DNA of 64,000 nucleotides. Origin: Pontiella sp. (GTDB lineage Bacteria; Verrucomicrobiota; Kiritimatiellia; Kiritimatiellales; Pontiellaceae). The notes beneath the pieces are model-generated. The model saw nothing but the letters and a program-made list of their open reading frames with translations, had not been told where the DNA came from and did no database searches. Shown here piece by piece: positions 58,501 to 64,000 of this stretch. Every line of letters starts with the position of its first letter. Positions within the stretch are counted from its first letter, which is position 1. The DNA lies in contig JBNKHE010000001.1 in the NCBI GenBank assembly GCA_050290185.1, forward strand, positions 162,713 through 226,712, read 5' to 3'. Both the position numbers and the translations under genes were made by a program.

Positions 58501-60592
58501 CGGCCTAAGCTTTGCCTGCTCCGGATTTACCGATCCGCAAGGCGATGCCACCTTCGCCGCCATGGAATGGCGCGCGGGAGAAATACTCGACACGAACGCA
58601 CCAGCCTACGACCCCAACGACAAACCGCCCTACGAACTCAACGCAAAATGGGAGAGCGGCGAAATCACCAACTTCGACAGCAACATCACCATTCCAGCCG
58701 ATGCCTTGAAGGTGGGTCACGCCTACCGCGTTCGTGTGCGCATGAAGGACGACACCGGTCGATGGAGTCACTGGTCTTCCCCGGTTCAGTTCATTACTAC
58801 GGAGGCATCCACCGCTGCGTCCATGTTGAGTCACCTCCGCATCAGCGAACTGATGTATGATCCGCCGGCGGGAAGCGACTATGAATTCGTAGAGCTGCAT
58901 AATACGAGCACCAACATGACGCTTGACCTTGCTGGAGCCGCCTTCACTGAGGGAATCGACTTTAATTTCCCTGCTGGCACCCTGCTTGGACCGGACGGGT
59001 ACCTCCTGCTCATCGGCACCTCGAACACGAATGCTTTTCGAACCCATTATGGACTGTCGACCAATGCGGCCATTGCTGGTGCCTATTCAGGAAGCCTTTC
59101 CAACGGCGGCGAGGAACTGAAGCTGAAGACCGCGCCCGGCGGATCCGAAATCGCGGCGTTCGAATATGGTACCGGTCGCCATTGGCCGCTGGCCGCCGCC
59201 GGTGCCGGCCACTCCCTTGTGCCGATTGCTATATCGGGCCAGGCCACGGGCGCGCTCGACTATCCCGGCAACTGGAAAGCCAGTGCCTACATCGGCGGAT
59301 CGCCCGGCGCGGCCGACCCCATCCCGTCGCCCTCGCTGCTCCTGAACGAGATTACCGCCCATACCGACTACAGCAACCCGGAACATCCGGAATACGATTC
59401 CGACGACTGGGTCGAGCTCTACAACGCCTCCGCCTCGGTAATCAACTTGGCGGGATGGTATTTGAGCGACGACCCTTCCGATCCCGCAAAGTGGGCCTGT
59501 CCCTCTGTTAGCATTCCTGCGGGTGGCTACAAGGTCTTCACCGAGGTTGACGATTTCCACAATCCGATCAGTAGCGGCTTCGGCCTCGACAAGGCGGGCG
59601 AGCAGGTATTGCTTTCCTACCTTCCAGGCAATTCATCGGATCGCGTGGTGGACGCCGTCGGCTTCAAGGGGCAGGAAAACGGTCGTTCGCTCAGCCGGAT
59701 CGGAGACTACTGGCAGACCACCGATCTCTCGCAAGGCACCGTCAACAGCTCCGCGCTTTCCGGACTGCGCATCAGCGAAACGATGTACCAACCCGCACCA
59801 CTCGGCACCAACGACAACACCCGCGATGAATACATCGAAATCTACAACCCGACCGCGTCCGATGTCACCATGCAGAGCGAAGGCGAACCCTGGCGCATCG
59901 ACGGCGGCGTGGAATACACCTTTCTCGACAACATCGTCGTCCCCGCGGGAAGTTCCCTGTTGGTCGTCGGCTTCGATCCGGCAGACACCATCACCAGCAA
60001 TGCCTTTATTACCGCATACGGAATAACCAATACAATCCGCATGTTTGGCCCTTGGTCTGGAAAGCTGGGCAACCGCAGTGAACCGGTTTCGTTGGAACGG
60101 CCGCAGGCCCCTGACCTCCCCGGTGACCCTTATTCATGGGTGATCGAAGACGAAACCGTGTACGGAAACCAATCCCCATGGCCCGCGGCAGCCGGAAACG
60201 GCAACGCGCTTGAACGACTGGTTTTCAACCGCGCCGGAATTGCTCCTGCTAACTGGATGGCGGCCTCCCCCTCCCCTGGTGATGCCGGCACCAGCCCCTA
60301 TGCCGATCAGGATGGCGACGGCATGAGCGACTACGACGAATGGTTCTGTGGCACCGACCCCTACAATCCGGAATCCCTGTTTCAGGTCGATGCTTTCAGT
60401 GCACACCCCATCTCCGGCCTCCAGTGGACTGCGGTTTCCAATCACATATATTCCGTTTACTGGACCGAAGACCTCCGGGTTCCGTTCGTACCCCTGGCGA
60501 CCAATCTGTTCTACCCTCAGGAAACCTTTATGGATATCTCCCACACGAACTACAATACCAGCTACTATAGGCTGAAGGTCGAACGTCAATAG
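55511..60592 (+). CDS. Large secreted protein with lamin-tail domains and a CotH-like kinase domain
   Basis: Signal peptide; four LTD-type starts (VINEIHY, ISELMY, LLNEITA, ISETMY, each followed by EF/W/Y-V/I-EL/I-Y/H-N); RGQGS, NYGFY and PWDLDM (CotH-like); C-terminal DQDGDGMSD..E..GTDP. Confidence 0.85.
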   Translation: MVSPYLESALGRYRSRYSLSLIAIGLFTLINTASAEVVINEIHYHPADKTSPEEFVELYNASDTAVDLSGWSLRDAVEYTIPPGTFIPAHGYVVIAENPAGLDATYGTTAIGPWTGKLSSSGERIELYDASDSRQDRVEYGAGFPWPTASDGGGSSAELINPGLDNDLGGSWRASATAAGSTNSVYVASSSDWKYRKGSSDASSPVDAWRATAYDDSSWLSGTSSFGYNAKYTVSTTLGDMRYNYSTVYYRKTFTVPSESIPAGLQLRLKYDDGAVVWINGTEIARLHVPSGELAYNQVANDDHPADDWEEITITNADAMLYGGDNVIAVQSLNLSQDSSDYYFDLELLSTPSISGSALPTPGAINSSYAPLDSTPPQIRHVDHFPEQPEPGEPVAITAKLTDLDGMGAVTLSYQTVDPGAYIRLTDATYETSWTQVAMLDDGTGGDEMAGDSIYTAVLPAAVQTNRRLVRYRIAFVDALGNSETVPYADDEQPNFAYYVYAGVPDWQGALFPGSTPAQTFTSNVLSKVPVYTLIVSDQDVVNSQYNSDYIFSRMYGTFVYDGEVYDHIQFRNRGQGSTYQSGKNKWKFYFNRARDLKPRGNFGGKYKETWSQFFGEGCSSPWAPVHRGMAGVEQTLSLKAYDLAGVPTTSSHYYHFRVVRSATETPPAGNPLEGDLWLGTTADGQYGGDFWGLYLAVEPLKGSFLDERNLPDGNVYKVENYAGDKHHQGETQALDASDWNSFRDSWRYSTPSQSWWETNLDLECYYSFMAINRLVGNVDFGTGSNYGFYHRPTDNRWIVIPWDLDMMFIAETHWRVDDIGNKLIAIPALALQYHNRAREILDLLASDGDPDGGQVGQLIREFADIVHPIGETNTWANADAAKWNMHPRTNGDPNNHSGQYNHKGNFFYTPFTDSRTGGDWVRWLRDPSYTGTATHEDSMAYLLDYATDTWPGGTWEAGNGNQLGYGYQYLAHDAYDDAIPDKPYIASLSSPGYPLNGLSFACSGFTDPQGDATFAAMEWRAGEILDTNAPAYDPNDKPPYELNAKWESGEITNFDSNITIPADALKVGHAYRVRVRMKDDTGRWSHWSSPVQFITTEASTAASMLSHLRISELMYDPPAGSDYEFVELHNTSTNMTLDLAGAAFTEGIDFNFPAGTLLGPDGYLLLIGTSNTNAFRTHYGLSTNAAIAGAYSGSLSNGGEELKLKTAPGGSEIAAFEYGTGRHWPLAAAGAGHSLVPIAISGQATGALDYPGNWKASAYIGGSPGAADPIPSPSLLLNEITAHTDYSNPEHPEYDSDDWVELYNASASVINLAGWYLSDDPSDPAKWACPSVSIPAGGYKVFTEVDDFHNPISSGFGLDKAGEQVLLSYLPGNSSDRVVDAVGFKGQENGRSLSRIGDYWQTTDLSQGTVNSSALSGLRISETMYQPAPLGTNDNTRDEYIEIYNPTASDVTMQSEGEPWRIDGGVEYTFLDNIVVPAGSSLLVVGFDPADTITSNAFITAYGITNTIRMFGPWSGKLGNRSEPVSLERPQAPDLPGDPYSWVIEDETVYGNQSPWPAAAGNGNALERLVFNRAGIAPANWMAASPSPGDAGTSPYADQDGDGMSDYDEWFCGTDPYNPESLFQVDAFSAHPISGLQWTAVSNHIYSVYWTEDLRVPFVPLATNLFYPQETFMDISHTNYNTSYYRLKVERQ

Positions 60593-60596
60593 AGCC

Positions 60597-60615
60597 GACG
60601 CATTCCGAATGCGTC
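60597..60615. terminator. Hairpin between convergent genes
   Basis: GACGCATTC-C-GAATGCGTC; no clear U-tract. Confidence 0.4.
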
Positions 60616-60628
60616 ATCCGACCGGCCC

Positions 60629-61861
60629 CTACAACAGGGAACAGATTTCATCGGTAGTATCGCTGTCGAGCGAAATGGGATGCCCAGCCTGAACGTCGAT
60701 GATTTCTGTATTCTCGATGCATGCCTGCACGAGGGGGGCCCAATCGAATTTTAGTTCGTATTGTTCGCACTTTTCTTTTTTAGGTGCGGTTGCCGGGCTT
60801 TGGGGAACAAAAACCGTACAGCAATCCTCGAAGGGGCGAATGGAAATCTCATAGGTGTCGATTTTTTGGGCGATCTCCACAATCTCGCTCTTATCCATGC
60901 ACGCTACGGGACGAATCACGGGCATCTCCGTGACGGCATTGATGGCCCACATGCTATCCGGTGTCTGGGAGGCCACCTGACCGAGGCTCTCGCCGTTCGA
61001 GAGCAAACGAATTTTATGCCGCTCCGCGACACCGGCAACGACACGGTACATCATGCGGCGCATGATGGTCATGCCATAGCTCTCTGGAACATGGGCAAAG
61101 AGTTCCTTCTGTAGCGTGGTAAAGGGCACCACATGCAACCTGAATTTCCCGTTCGGCAGAAAATGGGCCATTTTTTCGGCGAGATCATAGACCTTCTGCC
61201 GCGCGCGCACCGTGGTGTAAGGGGGTGACTCAAAATGGAGTCCTTCAACTTGAAGTCCCCGTTTCATCATGAGGTACCCCGCCACCGGCGAGTCGAGGCC
61301 GCCGGATAGCATCAGCAGGGAACGTCCGTTCAGTCCGACCGGAAGCCCCCCACTGGCCAGCACGGTTCTGGAAACCACCAGCGTATGATCGGCCTTGATC
61401 AGAATGCGGATCGCCAAATCGGGATTTTTAACGTTGTAGGTCACGGCCCCGGCAGCATGTTCCCCGACATATTCAGCCACCTGCTGCGAAACGGAAATCG
61501 AGTTGGAGGGAAATTTTTTCCATCCGCGACGGGTTTCGAATTTGATGGCCTGCCCGTCCTTGCACGCCTCGATCGCGACCGGCAATGCGGTTTTACAGAT
61601 GTCGTCCATCGAGCTCTTGCAGATCTTGCCCAGGGCGTATGAATGAATTCCGAAAACAAAGTCGAGCTGGTTGAGAACCGCCCGATCATCTGCACCATTC
61701 AAGGTAACCAGAATATGGTCATATTTCAGCTGAATCACCACTTCGGGAAAGCCGGCAAGTTTTGTTTTAGCCGTCTGGAACAACCGGTCTATAAACCGCT
61801 GTCTGTTTTTCCCTTTAAGGAACAGTTCGCCAAAGCGAACCAATATGGCGTCGTACTGCAT
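60629..61861 (-). CDS. thiI: tRNA 4-thiouridine synthase ThiI (no rhodanese domain)
   Basis: Motifs GELFLKGKNR, GGLPVG, PP-loop SGGLDSPVA, GESLGQVASQT and EDCC. Confidence 0.93.
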   Translation of the reverse strand: MQYDAILVRFGELFLKGKNRQRFIDRLFQTAKTKLAGFPEVVIQLKYDHILVTLNGADDRAVLNQLDFVFGIHSYALGKICKSSMDDICKTALPVAIEACKDGQAIKFETRRGWKKFPSNSISVSQQVAEYVGEHAAGAVTYNVKNPDLAIRILIKADHTLVVSRTVLASGGLPVGLNGRSLLMLSGGLDSPVAGYLMMKRGLQVEGLHFESPPYTTVRARQKVYDLAEKMAHFLPNGKFRLHVVPFTTLQKELFAHVPESYGMTIMRRMMYRVVAGVAERHKIRLLSNGESLGQVASQTPDSMWAINAVTEMPVIRPVACMDKSEIVEIAQKIDTYEISIRPFEDCCTVFVPQSPATAPKKEKCEQYELKFDWAPLVQACIENTEIIDVQAGHPISLDSDTTDEICSLL

Positions 61862-61867
61862 ACTCTC

Positions 61868-63010
61868 CTACTTCCTTTTGATGCGCAATTCATCGACGAG
61901 CGGCCCGATCACGCGGCAAAGCGTATCGACCTCGTCGCGGGTGGTCAGCGCGGACATACTGATACGAATACTGCTCCGCGCCCGTTCATGGCTTCCCGTA
62001 ACGGCCAGCACTACCGCGCTCTCGATGGCCTTCCGGGCCGAGCAGGCTGAAACCGTGGAAATATAGATCTCTTTCTCGGCCAGCGCCTGAAGAAAGGTTT
62101 CCGGACGAACGCCTGCAACGGAATAGTTGATGATGAAGGGCGACGAATCTTCGAGTGTGCCGTTCAGAGCCGTGTCCGGAATCGTATCAAACGTGTCTGC
62201 GATAGACGCTTTGAAGGACCGCAGTCTGGCCAAGACCTCGTCGTGCTTCTCCAGGGAGAGCCGCAAGGCTCTGGCCAGAGCCGCCGCCCGTGCGGCGTCT
62301 GCCGTGCCAGACCGAAACTCAAATTCCTGACCGCCGCCGTGGAGCAACGGGGTCAGCTGTATCCCGTCCCGAAATATCAATGCGCCGGATCCCTTGAGCC
62401 CGAAAAACTTGTGGGCCGAAAATGTCAACAGGTCAACCGGGCTCCCTTCCATGGAAAGGGCAAGCTTGCCAACGGACTGCGCCGCATCGACATGCAATGC
62501 GGCGTTGCTCTTCTCTTTGACGATGGCGCCAAGCCGGGCAATATCGTTGATCGAACCGGTCTCGTTATTGACATGCATCAGGGAAACCAGCGTGGTATCA
62601 GGACGCAATGCATCCCGCAATACGTCGGCTTCCACCCGGCCCGCATTGTTTACGGGGAGCGTGGTGAGCTCGAAACCTTCAGCGGCCAGAAAACGGCACA
62701 CCTCCAGCACAGACGGATGCTCAACTGCGCTGGTAACAATATGCCGTCCGCGATGTCTGTACGCGTGCGTTACCCCCTTGATGGCCAGGTTGTTTGATTC
62801 GGTGGCGCCACTCGTGAACACGCACCGGCACCCTCTGCCGGCACCCAAAAGGGTCTGGACCTGATTCCGAGCCTGTTCCAGCAACATCTCCGCGCGGACT
62901 CCCGGCTGATACAAAGCCCGAGGGTTTGCCCAGAAATCCTGATTGACCGCTTCAAATGTTTTAAGCACCTCTTCGTTCGGAGGCGTGGTGGCTGCATAGT
63001 CAAAATACAT
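61868..63010 (-). CDS. Cysteine desulfurase (IscS/NifZ-like)
   Basis: Motifs YFDYAATT, TSGATESNN, SAHKF, GGGQE and SACS. Confidence 0.92.
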   Translation of the reverse strand: MYFDYAATTPPNEEVLKTFEAVNQDFWANPRALYQPGVRAEMLLEQARNQVQTLLGAGRGCRCVFTSGATESNNLAIKGVTHAYRHRGRHIVTSAVEHPSVLEVCRFLAAEGFELTTLPVNNAGRVEADVLRDALRPDTTLVSLMHVNNETGSINDIARLGAIVKEKSNAALHVDAAQSVGKLALSMEGSPVDLLTFSAHKFFGLKGSGALIFRDGIQLTPLLHGGGQEFEFRSGTADAARAAALARALRLSLEKHDEVLARLRSFKASIADTFDTIPDTALNGTLEDSSPFIINYSVAGVRPETFLQALAEKEIYISTVSACSARKAIESAVVLAVTGSHERARSSIRISMSALTTRDEVDTLCRVIGPLVDELRIKRK

Positions 63011-63199
63011 AATGAGTTCCTACAAAGGACGGGAAACTACCCTATGCATACAACGATTTCCAATAGAATAGATCAATTGAAGGGAAGGTCATAACCCCCT
63101 GATACAGACCTCCTGCTCACACCATGGAAAAAGAAACACTGCGGCATTGAATTTTAAACTGCTTCAGGGCGACATTAACCGACATAGGAGAATCGAGGA

Positions 63200-63778
63200 A
63201 TGACCTTAGACAATTCAACGCCGGCATCACCGGCAACCTGGGTGGATGAACATGGAGACGCGCTGTTTGGTTATGCGCTGAGCCGGCTGAAGAATCCCTC
63301 GTCGGCGGAGGACGTGGTGCAGGAAACTTTTCTCGCGGCACTACGCGCGCAAAAGGATTTTTCCGGAAGCTCTTCGGAGCGAACCTGGCTCATCGGCATC
63401 CTGAAGCATAAGATTGTCGACCTCATCCGCAAGGAGAGCCGCGAGCAGCCGCTCGACGAGATCGAAACCATGGAGGCGCCGGAAGAAACTTTCTTCGATC
63501 GCAAGGGCCATTGGCGCGTTAAACCGGTTGAATGGAAGTCCCATCCAGGCAAGATCCTCGAACAGAAGGAATTCATGGCGGTGCTGCTCGGTTGCCTTGA
63601 ACATTTGCCCGATCGACTGCATCGTCTCTTCGTTCTGCGAGAGTTGGAAGAGCTCGACTCGGAAAAAATATGTAAGGATCTGTCCATCACTCCGACCAAC
63701 CTGTGGGTCTTGCTCTACCGCGCCCGCATGCGGCTGCGCGGCTGCCTGACCGAAAACTGGTTCGGGGAAAGGATCTGA
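63200..63778 (+). CDS. ECF-type sigma-70 family factor
   Basis: AEDVVQETFLAAL, RTWLIGILKHKIVD and NLWVLLYRARMRLR. Confidence 0.9.
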   Translation: MTLDNSTPASPATWVDEHGDALFGYALSRLKNPSSAEDVVQETFLAALRAQKDFSGSSSERTWLIGILKHKIVDLIRKESREQPLDEIETMEAPEETFFDRKGHWRVKPVEWKSHPGKILEQKEFMAVLLGCLEHLPDRLHRLFVLRELEELDSEKICKDLSITPTNLWVLLYRARMRLRGCLTENWFGERI

Positions 63779-63779
63779 T

Positions 63780-64000
63780 ATGCTGACGTGCAAGGAAGTA
63801 TCAAAACTGGTATCCGACTCCCTGGAACGCGACCTCCCGTTCCAGCAGCGCCTCGGTGTGCGCATGCACCTGATGATGTGCTCGCTGTGCCGAACCTACA
63901 AACGACAAACGCTTTTCTTGCGGAACCTGTTTACGGGCTACAACCGGCGGTTGGAAGCAGACAATTTCACAAAGACCAAACTACCGGAAGAAACAGCCGA
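63780..64000 (+). CDS. zf-HC2 (ZAS) anti-sigma factor, partial at the window end
   Basis: MLTCKEVSKLVSDSLERDL...MHLMMCSLC (HxxxCxxC), starting 1 nt after the sigma stop. Confidence 0.85.
   Translation, partial: MLTCKEVSKLVSDSLERDLPFQQRLGVRMHLMMCSLCRTYKRQTLFLRNLFTGYNRRLEADNFTKTKLPEETA

Overview
Bacterial chromosomal window with moderately high GC. The gene content and the style of the secreted proteins suggest a PVC-superphylum organism, probably Kiritimatiellota/Verrucomicrobiota; this is an inference, not checked by search. Most of the window is housekeeping: plsY-gpsA, ydbH-ynbE-ydbL, lysS, tsaD, rnfABCDGE, a PreP-type M16 peptidase, a TPR-TPR-exbB-exbD-exbD operon, yceD-rpmF-plsX-fabH-fabD-fabG-acpP-fabF, zupT, a DEAD-box helicase, tRNA-Gly(CCC), a CotH/lamin-tail secreted protein, a cysteine desulfurase-thiI pair, and an ECF sigma/anti-sigma pair. 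The most interesting part is 24.0-36.1 kb, which holds two tandem cassettes, each an ECF sigma factor with no anti-sigma followed by a membrane Ser/Thr kinase. The two kinase domains are near-identical, but the membrane and extracytoplasmic halves are built from shuffled modules. One unnamed module occurs once in kinase 1 and twice in kinase 2. A second module occurs both at the end of kinase 1 and as a separate secreted protein encoded right behind it. A TGTAAC-like motif starts exactly 35 nt before the ATG of all four sigma and kinase genes, which points to ECF-driven leaderless transcription. Both kinase activation loops carry inserts derived from DNA repeats. The window also has several REP-like palindromes, heptamer and nonamer repeats, a probable non-autonomous IS200/IS605-type element, an ABC-permease relic and a candidate structured RNA.
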